From NCBI GenBank assembly GCA_026025795.1, contig JAPEUG010000167.1:1-34742 (forward strand): DNA of 34,742 nucleotides. The letters run 5' to 3'. This DNA comes from Thelocarpon superellum (Eukaryota). Positions 1-10,594 of this stretch are shown here, piece by piece. How positions within the stretch are numbered: the first letter of the stretch is position 1; every line of letters starts with the position of its first letter. The notes under the pieces are model-generated. The model was given only the letters and a program-made list of their open reading frames with translations. It had not been told where the DNA came from and did not search any database. Position numbers and translations under genes: made by a program.

Positions 1-3000
1 CCTCCCATCGACGTCCAGTCTCCTCTCGCCCCTCTCGCATGATTCCACCCTGGCCTTCTCGCTACCATACACCAACGCCCCCAATTTCCTCGCTCTGGTG
101 CAAGAGATTCCCAACGAGCCGCTCCACTCGGAGAATGAATCTCGCACGGACGGCACAGCCTTTCCCGACGACGCGGCGGGCGAGCAGAAGCGATGGATCA
201 TGAACGCGGCCAAGGGCGATGGGAGCGACACCCGAGGCTCCTTCCGGCGCTGGGCGAGCGACGTGTGGACCGAGCTGGTCGATCTGCTCAAGGTGAGTGG
301 CCTCGTCCCACCAATGCTCCGGTGGTGTCTGACGCAATCGACGTGGACAGCGGGCCGAGACGCTCGACATCATCATCATGATCCTCGGATACGTCTCCAT
401 GCATCTCACCTTTGTGTCCCTGTTCTTCTCCATGCGCCGCATGGGGTCCAACTTCTGGCTCGCGGCCACGGTACTCTTCTCCTCCGTCTTCGCCTTCCTC
501 TTCGGCCTGATCGTAACGACGAAATTGGGCGTGCCGATCAACATGGTGCTCTTGTCCGAGGGGCTACCGTTCCTCGTCATCATCATCGGCTTTGAGAAGC
601 CCATCATCCTGACCAAGGCCGTCCTCTCCGAGTCGCTGAATTTACGCCGACCCCCAGCACCCTCGCCACCCGGTTCCCTCGGCACGGGTACGAGCTCGCC
701 TACGCACCATGGTGACAACTCGCCCATGACGATCCGCTACGCCGTGCAGGCGGCCGTACGAGAGAAGGGATTCGAGATCGTGCGCGATTACTGCATTGAG
801 ATCTTGCTCCTGATCGCCGGATCCGCGTCTGGGGTGCAGGGTGGGCTGCGACAGTTCTGCTTCCTCGCGTCCTGGATCTTGGCCTTTGACTGCATCTTGC
901 TCTTCACCTTCTACACGGCCATCCTGAGCGTCAAGCTCGAGATCAATCGGATCAAGCGACATGTGGCGCTGCGGAAGGCGCTGGAGGAAGACGGCGTCAG
1001 CCGACGGGTAGCAGAGAATGTGGCGCGTAGCAACGACTGGCCGAAGCTCAGCGACAGCGCCGCTGCCGGCTCGACCGAGGCCAAGGCCCAGGAGACGACC
1101 ATCTTCGGGAAGAGAATCCGGGACAGCAGCGTGCCGCGATTCAAGGTGCTCATGGTATCGGGCTTTGTCGTCATCAACCTCCTCAATCTCTGCACCATTC
1201 CCTTCCGGAGCAACACCCGCAACGCCGCGGCGCCCACGGTGTCGGGCTTGTCGAGCGTGACCACACCGCCTCCCATGGACCCCTTCAAGGTGGCGGGCGG
1301 CGGCCTAGATACCCTCTTCGCCACGGCCACTCGGGAGCGGCGTGCGACGGTGGTGACCGTCCTGGCGCCGATCAAGTACGACTTGGAATATCCGTCGGTG
1401 CACTACGCGTCAAAAGTCGAGGCCCGTCAGCTCGACAAGGGCTCCTTCTACGATGTGGAGTCGAACGAGCTCTTCTTGGACGCGGTCGGGGGCAAGGTCA
1501 TGGAGGGCTTACTCCGAAGCCTGGAAGATCCGATCCTGAGCAAGTGGATCATCGTCGCCTTGGCCATGAGTTTAGTGTTGAATGGCTACCTCTTTAACGC
1601 CGCTCGCTGGAGTGTGAAGGATCCGCAGGCGCGTGATGAGACGGACGATGGCCGGGCCGGTGACCGGCGTGCGGACCAAGCGGCGGCGGGTCCGGCGGCG
1701 AGACACCGCAGCCCGCCACCGGTCGCGGTACCGGCCACTGGCGCCGCGGTGCCGGGCGCTGCGGCGGACGAGAGCGACGAGGGTGAGGATGCGTTGATCA
1801 TGGGCGGCCGCCACAGGAAGACCGCGCTGGCGCCGTCACGGACGCGGGAAGAGTGCGAGCGGATGGTGAAAGAGAAACGGGCGCCGGAGCTCCTCGACCA
1901 CGAGCTGATCGATCTGGCGCTCCGGGGCAAGATCCCGGGATACGCGCTGGAGAAGGCGCTGGCCAACCCGGGTCGGGCCGTCAAGATCCGACGCGCCATG
2001 GTGTCACGCACGGCGGCGACGGCGGCGACGTCGGGCTTGCTCGAACGGTCGCTGCTGCCGCACGAGAACTACGACTACGCGCAGGTGCTCGGGGTCTGCT
2101 GCGAGAACGTCATTGGCTACATGCCCTTGCCCGTCGGCGTGGCGGGACCGCTGACGATCGATGGGCAGGAGTACTTCATCCCCATGGCGACGACGGAAGG
2201 GGTGCTCGTAGCCAGCACGAGCCGTGGCTGCAAGGCCATCAACTCGGGCGGTGGGGCGGTCACGGTGCTCACGGCGGACGGCATGACGCGGGGCCCATGC
2301 ATCAGCTTCGAGACCTTGTCGCGCGCCGGGGCGGCCAAGCTCTGGCTCGACTCGGACGAGGGGCAGAAGGTGATGAAGAAGGCGTTCGACTCGACCAGCC
2401 GCTTCGCGCGCCTGCAGTCGATGAAGACGGCACTAGCGGGGACCAACCTCTACATCCGCTTCAAGACGACGACGGGTGATGCGATGGGGATGAACATGAT
2501 CTCCAAGGGGGTGGAGCACGCGTTGAATGTCATGGCCAAAGAGAGCGGCTTTGACGACATGTTCATCGTGTCGGTGTCGGGCAACTACTGCACCGACAAG
2601 AAGCCGGCGGCGATCAACTGGATCGACGGGCGCGGCAAGGGTGTCGTCGCCGAGGCCATCATCCCCGGCGACGTGGTGCGCAACGTGCTGAAGAGCGAGG
2701 TGGATGCCTTGGTGGAGCTGAACGTGAGCAAGAACTTGGTGGGGAGCGCGATGGCCGGCAGCATCGGCGGCTTCAACGCCCACGCCGCCAACATCGTGAC
2801 GGCCATCTTCCTGGCGACGGGGCAGGACCCGGCGCAGAACGTAGAGAGCAGCAACTGCATCACCATCATGAAGAAGTAGGTCTTGGCACGTGTGGCGGAC
2901 ATGGAGGGGCCCGCTGACGCGCGACCTAGCTACCACGGCAACCTCCAGATCAGCGTGTCGATGCCGTCGATCGAAGTGGGCACGGTGGGCGGCGGCACGG

Positions 3001-3332
3001 TGCTGGAGCCGCAGGGGGCCATGTTGGATCTCTTGGGCGTGCGTGGTCCGCACCCGACCAACGCGGGCGATAACGCGCGGCGGCTGGCGCGCATCGTGGC
3101 CGCCGGTGTGCTGGCGGGGGAGCTGAGTCTCTGCAGCGCGCTCGCCGCGGGTCATCTGGTGCGGAGCCACATGGCGCACAATCGCAGTGCGCCCGCCACG
3201 CGATCGACCACGCCGGTGACGCCGGCCCTGTCGACGATGCCGAGTGGAGCGGCGACGCCGGTCACCTTGACCATGACGGCGATGACGGACCGGCGGGCGG
3301 CGCTGGAGCGGAACGAGGCTCGGTTGAATTAG
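1..3332 (+). CDS. HMG1: 3-hydroxy-3-methylglutaryl-CoA reductase, class I (5' end outside window). Exons <1-292, 351-2875, 2930-3332
   Basis: Sterol-sensing TM region ([31 protein letters not shown]) and catalytic motifs [60 protein letters not shown]. Introns 293-350 (GTGAGT..CTGAC..CAG) and 2876-2929 (GTAGGT..CTGAC..TAG) restore the frame. The frame is open from position 2. Confidence 0.97.
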
Positions 3333-4679
3333 AGTTGTGGTGTACAGCGCCGGCCGCCGGAGCGGAAGGAGAGCTTGATTGAAGTAAAGTCGTGGGTGTG
3401 TTCTGTACAGCGCGTTCGAGGCGGGCCGACCACCGTGGCCGTGCGAGAGAGATTGTACGAGTATCGCGCATCCGTACTAGACCTTTTCGCTCGATGGAAT
3501 GGGTACAATGCCGCAGGCGTAGATTGTTCCATCTCGTCCGCGGAGCTCCCGGTAGCAAGTCAAGGTCGCAGTCGCCGGGCGTGCTCTCGGAGCCCACGGC
3601 CCCCTTGCCAAAAGCTGCCGATGTTTGACGCCTATCGCAAGTAGCGGCCAGGCCAAACGTGAAACATGGCACCTCAGCTCTTCTTCCTCACGTGTTTGGT
3701 GCTTGTGCTTGCATCAAGAGGCCCCTTGACCCTCGACCCTCGGCCCTCGCTAGATTCTGTCCAAATTACAGGGCCTTTTCCAATAATCCACGCGACTCGC
3801 GGATTCCAATCTCCGGTTGTCGGGGTCTGGAGCGCCCCGGATTGTCTGGATCTATATCTGGTGCCGGTGGGCGGCGGCAGGAGAAACGATACGAGACAGC
3901 CTCGCTTCCTGAGAGGCCCCGGCATCTGCCGCTCATTCGCCTACGACTCGCTACGTCGGGCTCCCCCCCAGTCTCCCCGTCCCACCGCCACACACCGCCC
4001 CAGGCCGCCGGGCCCCGGGCCCACAGGCCCCGCACCACATCCCCCTCCCCTCCACCCTTGAAACTTGGCGGTTCGTTGATGTTTGCACGTTTGAGTAAGC
4101 GGATGAGAGGCGGATTGAGTGGATCTCGGAGGTCGAGTCTCATCCGATCCCTCAAGACGCCACTCACCATGGATGGACCGGACTGGATCTGACGGGGTCA
4201 GGCCGGATCTGGCCTGATCCCGGAGAGCTCTCCAGCCTCCGTCCTAGCGTGTTTGCCCCTCCACGTCGCGCCGACGCGCGTTGAGACGCCTCTTGGTCGG
4301 GGTCATGACATTCCCAACGTCGTTGCAGATGGGTTCTGCGACAAGGCAGCTGTTGAGGGCGAGTTGAGAACGGCCTCTCGATAGGTTGGCAGCGCCCCGA
4401 CATGGGCTGGCCGTGCTGATGTCGTGCCGCAACCCTCTCTCGCCCGGAACGGGCGCGAATAGCCCGGGGAGACAATGTTTCGTGTCTTGAATAGACCAGA
4501 CCGCCTGGTATCTGCGGCCATGTGCTCAACGGTCTGATCGTGAAGACAATGGGGCCGGAGCCGGGACGGCTTTATTACTGGGGCGTGCCTTTGCTTGTGC
4601 TTGTGTCGCAGGCTCCCCATTCACTTCCGTGTCAATCTTGAGGCTCTTGTTGAACAAGTGACCTGTTGACCCATTGTTT

Positions 4680-4720
4680 GACCGCCCGACCGCCCGACCG
4701 CCCGACCGCCCGACCGGCCC
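4680..4720. repeat. Tandem 8-mer (GACCGCCC)x4 plus one degenerate copy
   Basis: Read directly; about 260-300 nt upstream of the ATG at 4979. Confidence 0.85.
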
Positions 4721-4978
4721 GGGCTGGCTCGTCTTTCATCAACTCTCTTGTCCTGGTGGCGTTGGATGTTGGGAACCAGTCCTTCGGCTTTTCATCTCTC
4801 TCGATCCCACCAGATTTTCTCGATCCTACCAGATTTGCGTCGCCTTGCTCCAGCCTCGACGCCCATCTCTCACTCCCGTCTCGCTGGCCGAGACTCAATT
4901 TCCACGTCCACGCCAACTTCAACTTCAATTTTACCGTTCACTTCTGTTCACTTTTCGCCTCCTGCCCACAGCTCCATC

Positions 4979-6538
4979 ATGACGTTCTCCCTGCACCGCT
5001 CGATGTTCCCGCAGCTGCAAGGAGCCTTGGTCGTGCTCCTCTTCGTCCTCCTCCCCTGCACCGAACCTCACTCGTGGGTCGAGCAACTCATGGTGGTTGG
5101 ACCTAACGGCACCTACGTCGGCGTCCCAGGCTACCCCCGCGGATATGTCCCCCGCACCGCACCCGGCTTCTCCGACTCTGAGATGGTCAACCTGATCCCT
5201 CCGAATGGCCGACCGACAGGCAACGAGATCTTGCCGACGGACCCGATGTGCCGAACCAGCCAGCAGAATCCTGACCAGACCCCGGGCAGCCCTCGATTGC
5301 AGGCGCCAGCAGGCAGCATGATCGCGCTCCGATATCAAGAGAATGGGCACGTCACCCTCCCGCAGAACACGCCTGGCAAGCCGGCGAACCGCGGCTCGGT
5401 CTACATCTATGGTACCACGCAGCCTCGAAGCAACGACACGCTCCTGGCCATCCATAAGGTGTGGAACGCCAACGGTACCGGTGGCGATCGACGGGGCAGT
5501 CTCGTCGCCACGCAAAATTTTGACGACAGCCAGTGCTACCAAGTCAACGGGGGCAACATCTCGACGGCGCGGCAAGAGGAGTTCAAGCACCCGGCCAACC
5601 CGCTGAGCGGTGCCGATCTCTGGTGCCAGAACGACATCATCCTCCCCACCACCGCGCCTGCTGGAAAACCCTACACCCTGTACTGGGTTTGGGACTGGCC
5701 GACGGATGCCGCAGCGGGGGGCCCCGGCGGCAAGGAGGAAATCTACACGACTTGCATGGACATTGATGTCACCGCGGCCGCTCCAGCTGTAGCTGCGGCT
5801 GCGGCAGCTCCCAGTGCGGATGGCGGCCTGGTCGCTGCGGCGGGGGCGTCGGCACCGGACGACATGGTCCACGCCAAGTACGTGTCGCAAGATTACAGCG
5901 ACAGCGCGGTGTCGCAACTCATGGACGCGGCGGCGCAATCCCTGGCGGGCGCTTCTAGCGGGACATCTCCCGCGACTGGCACCTCTGCGGCCACCTCTGC
6001 GGGTACTTCAACGGCCGCCTCTTCCTCAGCAACTCTCTCGGCAACGCCGTTGACTGCCTCTCCGGCCAATCCCGGGGGGAATTTCGCCGTCTGTTCCTCT
6101 CAGGCACCTCTCGATCCGGAAACCGTCACGACAACCGTCTACATCACTCTGGTCCCGGAAACGACCACTTTGCCCACTTCGACTGGGCCACCTATCGCAG
6201 GTGCTGCTCCTTCTGCTCCGGCCGTGGCTGTTCCAGCGGTTCCGGCTGCCCCGGCTGCGCCTGTTGCTGCTGGTGCGGGGCCTGGTGCCGCTGGTATTCC
6301 GGGTGTCGCCGGCGCTCCGGGTGCCACTGGTGTCCCTGGTGTCCCTGGTGTCCCTGCTATCCAGCCCACTCTTGCTACAGCCGGCGCAGGTGGAGCAGGC
6401 GGAGCAGGTGCATCTAGTGCGACCGGGCCTCCCGGTGTAGGGGCTACCAACGCCGCCGCTCCCGCCCCTGCCGCAGCTGCCACCGCACCACCTTACGCCT
6501 CTCCGCCGCGCCCTGGATCCGCCAAGTTCCGGTATTGA
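4979..6538 (+). CDS. Secreted protein: signal peptide, ~230-aa globular domain beginning H-S-W-V-E-Q-L (LPMO-like motif layout), long Ala/Pro/Gly/Thr/Ser low-complexity tail
   Basis: Intronless ORF with GC3-biased codons from ATG 4979 (alternative ATG 5003). Hydrophobic ALVVLLFVLLP precedes His (5069). Motifs YQENGHVT, YTLYWVWDW, EEIYTTCMDI. The ORF-track start at 4748 translates pyrimidine-rich UTR-like sequence. Confidence 0.85.
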   Translation: MTFSLHRSMFPQLQGALVVLLFVLLPCTEPHSWVEQLMVVGPNGTYVGVPGYPRGYVPRTAPGFSDSEMVNLIPPNGRPTGNEILPTDPMCRTSQQNPDQTPGSPRLQAPAGSMIALRYQENGHVTLPQNTPGKPANRGSVYIYGTTQPRSNDTLLAIHKVWNANGTGGDRRGSLVATQNFDDSQCYQVNGGNISTARQEEFKHPANPLSGADLWCQNDIILPTTAPAGKPYTLYWVWDWPTDAAAGGPGGKEEIYTTCMDIDVTAAAPAVAAAAAAPSADGGLVAAAGASAPDDMVHAKYVSQDYSDSAVSQLMDAAAQSLAGASSGTSPATGTSAATSAGTSTAASSSATLSATPLTASPANPGGNFAVCSSQAPLDPETVTTTVYITLVPETTTLPTSTGPPIAGAAPSAPAVAVPAVPAAPAAPVAAGAGPGAAGIPGVAGAPGATGVPGVPGVPAIQPTLATAGAGGAGGAGASSATGPPGVGATNAAAPAPAAAATAPPYASPPRPGSAKFRY

Positions 6539-6627
6539 GTACCGATTCATGCAGAATCTCTCTGTGGCTACAATTGTGGTGGATATGCGATGGGGTACGG
6601 TGCGGAATGGACATGAGGGGTGTTTGC

Positions 6628-6651
6628 GTGTGTGTGTGTGTGTGTGTGTGT
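6628..6651. repeat. (GT)12 microsatellite in the 3' UTR/intergenic region
   Basis: Read directly. Confidence 0.95.
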
Positions 6652-7187
6652 ATAGGTGGAGAATGGGGATATGTGACGAGATTCGACATCTTCACTTCAC
6701 TTCTACGTACCTATTTTTCCCCCTCGATCTTCCCATCTTTCCTCCTCTCTTCGGATCTCGTTTCAGCGTCTTATCTGGTCCAAGAAGACAGACAGGCATA
6801 TTCGATACCTACATGTCTATGCTATTCTATTCTATTCGTCGACTTCTTAATCACTCGTTCATTTCGTTCATTATTCAATGTGAGTGAAACTCATCACATG
6901 CGTGATGGACGAGCGACGCGACTGAAGAGTGAAATAGAAAAGATAGAGGATCGATAGATTTAAGAAGGGATGAGGAGAGGGCGATGGAAAGGAAACAGAA
7001 CGGGACAGGGAAGGTCAGGCTTCACTTGTAGATAATACTTGTCAATCTCAATCAATCAGTCAATAGAGCGTTGACGTGACTGGACTAGGACTACATCGAA
7101 TCAGCAATACAACACACCCACCAAGTACTACCGGGGTGGTTCTACAGGGGGAAGGGGAGGTGGGAACGCTATTCATATCCTTCCTGG

Positions 7188-10100
7188 TTACGCCAGGGAT
7201 AGCACCTCCCTCCGCCACCGATAAAACGCCTCCAAGCACTCTCTTCGCTTTTCCTGGGTCCAGCCGTCCACGACGAGCGCGAACTCCGTTGCGTCGCTGA
7301 ATCCGTGGCGGCGCGCCATTGTGCAGAATTGACGGCGTTGGATGGTGGGCGGCGGGTGGTACCTGTACTTCACCGTTGTTCCCCTTCTTCCTTTTCCTCT
7401 TCCAATTGCCCCTCTTGCTGCACCGCCTGTAGCGTCCTCCTCGTCCTCCTCATTCCCATCAGATGGCGGTTCTCCGTGGTGGAACGCCTCGTCGCCCTCG
7501 TCCTCCTCGATCTGACGAAAGGCAAACTCTCGACTGACGTCTGGATCCGCGCTCCCGAATTCCGTCGCGCGTTTGCTCAGCTGGGCTTCGACTCGCGACG
7601 TGCCGATCACTTCGCTGTTTTCGTGCGTGTAGCTTATCCCTGCGCTGGCGAGGATTGCTTGGATCGCGTCGGTTTTGGTCGTGGCCTTGGTCGTGGTCGT
7701 GTTCGTGTTCGTGGTCGTGGTCGTGGTCGTCGGTTGGGGGAAAGCCTTCTTCCCTGGAGCGTTGCCGGGTGAGGAAGTGGACGTAGACGTTTCGTCCCGG
7801 ACCAGCTCCTCTAGTTGGCTCATCACTTCGTCTTCCCCCACCTCCGCCTGCGTCAGATCTAGCCCGACCACGTCCACACCCGCTCTCGATTCCGCGACGT
7901 TGGTCTTGTTGACGATTTCGCGGAGGACGACGTCATCCGTGCCAAAGGTAAACAGATTCGTCAGCCCAAAGATCTCCCCCTTCTGATCTCGCTGGCCCTG
8001 CACGCCCTTGAAATATCGTCGCTCCATCGACGCCGTGTACCCAATGTTCGCCTGTTGCTGCTTGTAGATCTGGCGCGCGTACACAATCTCCTCGATCGTG
8101 CCGGCCGACACGAGCCGAAATACCTCGACGTCGCGTACCTGGCCGATGCGGTAGGCGCGATCTTGTGCTTGCAGGTCGTGGCTCGGGTTCCAGTTCGGAT
8201 CGAGAATCACCACCTTGTTGGCCGACGTGATGTTCAGCCCCACTCCGCCGGCCCGGGTCGAGAGTAGAAATACGAATTGGCCTGGATCGCTGTTGAAATC
8301 GACCACCATCCGCGCTCGTTCTTCGTAGCTCATCGCGCCGTCTAGGTAGCTCACGTTGTAGCTGGTGTGGGTGAACAGCATGTGCAGCATCTTCAGTAGT
8401 CGCACGTTGTGGGAAAAGACGAGCACTTTGTCGCCGTTGGTGTGCCAGAACCTCAGCAGCTTCTTCAGCACCTTCCATTTGCCAAAGAATTCCGGATTCG
8501 AGAAGTTGAGGATCGAATCCCGGTTCCGGTATAGCTCGCGCCAGTGATCCGGCAGGGCAATCTGTAGCATCTCCAGGTCCTTGGCCTGCTTCTCCTTGCC
8601 GTCCGTCCCCTGTGGAATCAAGATGGCCAGGTGGTTGCTGAACTTCTGCAGGTGCGAGATTGCCGGAAACACATAGTTGCGCCATGGCCCGCGCCCGGGG
8701 ATCATCTCATGGCAGCACCACCCCCTCTTCTTCCCCGACAAACAGTCGCATGGCTCCGAGGCACGCTTGATGTACTGCACCACGTCACTGTCGAGAAAGG
8801 CCTCGTAGGCATCCCGTTGCGTGTCGGTCAAGGGACAAAAGACTACCTTATCGCTCTTTCGGGGCAGCTGATCTGCAATCAGGCTCTTCATGCGTCGGAG
8901 GAAGAACTGCGGCAGCAGATTTTCCACCAGCTTCTTCGCCGTCTTCCGCGCGATGCTCAATTGCGACACCGTCGCGTCGTGAGACTGGCCCAGTCTCAAC
9001 GGTTCGCTAATGCTGCGCTTCCACGTCGAGATGGGTCCGAACCGGCCCGGGTTCGTCCAATTCAGCAGGGTCCACAGCTCTTCGTACTTGTTCTGAATCG
9101 CCGTGCCCGTCAAGCCGATGCGACAGAGCGCGTTGACCTCGTTCATCGCCTGGGTAACCTCGGAACGGCGTTCCTTGATGATGTGGCATTCGTCGGCGAT
9201 GACGCAATCCCAAGTGATCATGTTGATGGCGCTCTTGTTGAGTCGATAGGTCACGTACGTGGTAATCATCACTTCCAGTCGGCCGCTCTTGGCCGCATCC
9301 AGCGCCATCTCCTTGCCGTCCCCGTGATACACGTCGACGTGCCACCACCCCCATCGAGCCAACTCTCCTTTCCAGTTCTCGATCAAGGTCCCCGGGCAGA
9401 CGACGAGCGCCCGCGGGTACCAGCGCTCATCGCGCTGTCGTCTCATCTTGCGCATCCGTTTCGCATCGCGCTCGTCCCCGGTCTTGCCAAAGGCCGCGGT
9501 CAGGAAGGCAATGACCTGGATCGTCTTGCCCAGGCCCATGTCGTCTCCGAGAACGCCTCCCCGTTGGTAGACGAACAGCTCATGCAGGAAGCCAGCCCCT
9601 TCCACCTGGTAGTCGCGTAGCCATTGGGCGATCGGACCGGGGATCGTTCCCAGTGAGTACGGAAAAGGCACGTCTTTGTACGGTGCCACGGGCTTGAGCA
9701 ACGGCAACTGAGGCTTCTCCTTGAGATGTCTGATGTTGTCGTCGTCGGAGAACTCCACGTCCTCGTAGCTGGGCGGAAGGTGGAGGCCGGCTTCTTTCAA
9801 TCGGGCCTTGTTGGCTTCGAATTGGGCTCGGCGCTGACGGAGGAAGTCTGGCAGCGAATCTTCCATGAGATCCATATCGTCTGATTCATCACCAAACGCT
9901 TGAGGTTTGTGCAGTCTGTTCTTGGACGCGTCGGCCGTATGGATGCCCGTGGGCTTGATCTTTTGCTTGGCCGACACCGCACGCTTCCTTTTCCGGGATT
10001 TCCGGTTCTTGAAGGTTTCGTAGACCCCCCGTCCATCATCGTCCGAGAAGGACACCTTTTCTCCGGCATCAGTTTCGGGCTCTTTCTGACCCGGGTCGTT

Positions 10101-10286
10101 GTCGGCCTCATCCTGAGTGAGATCGGCCGTAGCGTCGGAGTCATGATCTGACCTCCCTATCGAGCCTGGTTTAGGCAAGGGTGTGAGACGGAGGTGACCA
10201 GTCTCACCTGCAAGTGGGACACCATGTGCAAGCTCCCTCTGCACAACCTTGGTGATCTCCAAGTCATCGTCGCTGTCGTCGCTCAT
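7188..10286 (-). CDS. ERCC6L2: SNF2-family DNA repair ATPase, ERCC6L2/Rad26-like
   Basis: LRDYQVEG, GGVLGDDMGLGKT (motif I), IADECH (motif II), GLTGTAIQN, LLSTRAGGVGLNIT, DPNWNPSHDLQAQDRAYRIGQ. C-terminal YTHENSEVIGTS is typical of the ERCC6L2 subgroup as I recall it. Possible in-frame intron at 10157-10207. Confidence 0.9.
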   Translation of the reverse strand: MSDDSDDDLEITKVVQRELAHGVPLAGETGHLRLTPLPKPGSIGRSDHDSDATADLTQDEADNDPGQKEPETDAGEKVSFSDDDGRGVYETFKNRKSRKRKRAVSAKQKIKPTGIHTADASKNRLHKPQAFGDESDDMDLMEDSLPDFLRQRRAQFEANKARLKEAGLHLPPSYEDVEFSDDDNIRHLKEKPQLPLLKPVAPYKDVPFPYSLGTIPGPIAQWLRDYQVEGAGFLHELFVYQRGGVLGDDMGLGKTIQVIAFLTAAFGKTGDERDAKRMRKMRRQRDERWYPRALVVCPGTLIENWKGELARWGWWHVDVYHGDGKEMALDAAKSGRLEVMITTYVTYRLNKSAINMITWDCVIADECHIIKERRSEVTQAMNEVNALCRIGLTGTAIQNKYEELWTLLNWTNPGRFGPISTWKRSISEPLRLGQSHDATVSQLSIARKTAKKLVENLLPQFFLRRMKSLIADQLPRKSDKVVFCPLTDTQRDAYEAFLDSDVVQYIKRASEPCDCLSGKKRGWCCHEMIPGRGPWRNYVFPAISHLQKFSNHLAILIPQGTDGKEKQAKDLEMLQIALPDHWRELYRNRDSILNFSNPEFFGKWKVLKKLLRFWHTNGDKVLVFSHNVRLLKMLHMLFTHTSYNVSYLDGAMSYEERARMVVDFNSDPGQFVFLLSTRAGGVGLNITSANKVVILDPNWNPSHDLQAQDRAYRIGQVRDVEVFRLVSAGTIEEIVYARQIYKQQQANIGYTASMERRYFKGVQGQRDQKGEIFGLTNLFTFGTDDVVLREIVNKTNVAESRAGVDVVGLDLTQAEVGEDEVMSQLEELVRDETSTSTSSPGNAPGKKAFPQPTTTTTTTNTNTTTTKATTKTDAIQAILASAGISYTHENSEVIGTSRVEAQLSKRATEFGSADPDVSREFAFRQIEEDEGDEAFHHGEPPSDGNEEDEEDATGGAARGAIGRGKGRRGTTVKYRYHPPPTIQRRQFCTMARRHGFSDATEFALVVDGWTQEKRRECLEAFYRWRREVLSLA

Positions 10287-10594
10287 TGCGCCCGGTATGC
10301 TCGATGCACGCTGGGGAAGGTGGGGTGGCGATCACCCTCACACACCGCCATCCTTCGTCCTCCATACTCTGTACGCGGACTCACGCCGTCGGGCGGAATG
10401 ATTGCATTAGCGGCGGCCGTCGTCATCTGGCGTATGTCACCTCAGGTACGCAAAGCCTAAACTCTCTTTCCTTTGACCATTCCCATTCTCGTTCGACCTT
10501 TGACCTTCGGCAGCTCAACGCGGTCGAGATGATGCCTGGTCATTCCGGATCACGAACACTTCTACTCAATCGATGACGTTGCATGTAACTCATC
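10287..10594. promoter_or_regulatory. Compact (308 nt) divergent intergenic region, probable bidirectional promoter
   Basis: Head-to-head start codons at 10286 (-) and 10595 (+). Confidence 0.6.

Noticed and set aside
3333..4670. ORFs such as 3659-4192 and 3666-4061 in the HMGR downstream region
   Set aside because: Low-complexity Pro/Arg-rich translations without coding-like codon bias or known motifs.
4748..4978. 77-aa N-terminal extension of the secreted protein in the ORF track
   Set aside because: It starts at a non-ATG codon, translates pyrimidine-rich UTR-like sequence and would bury the signal peptide.
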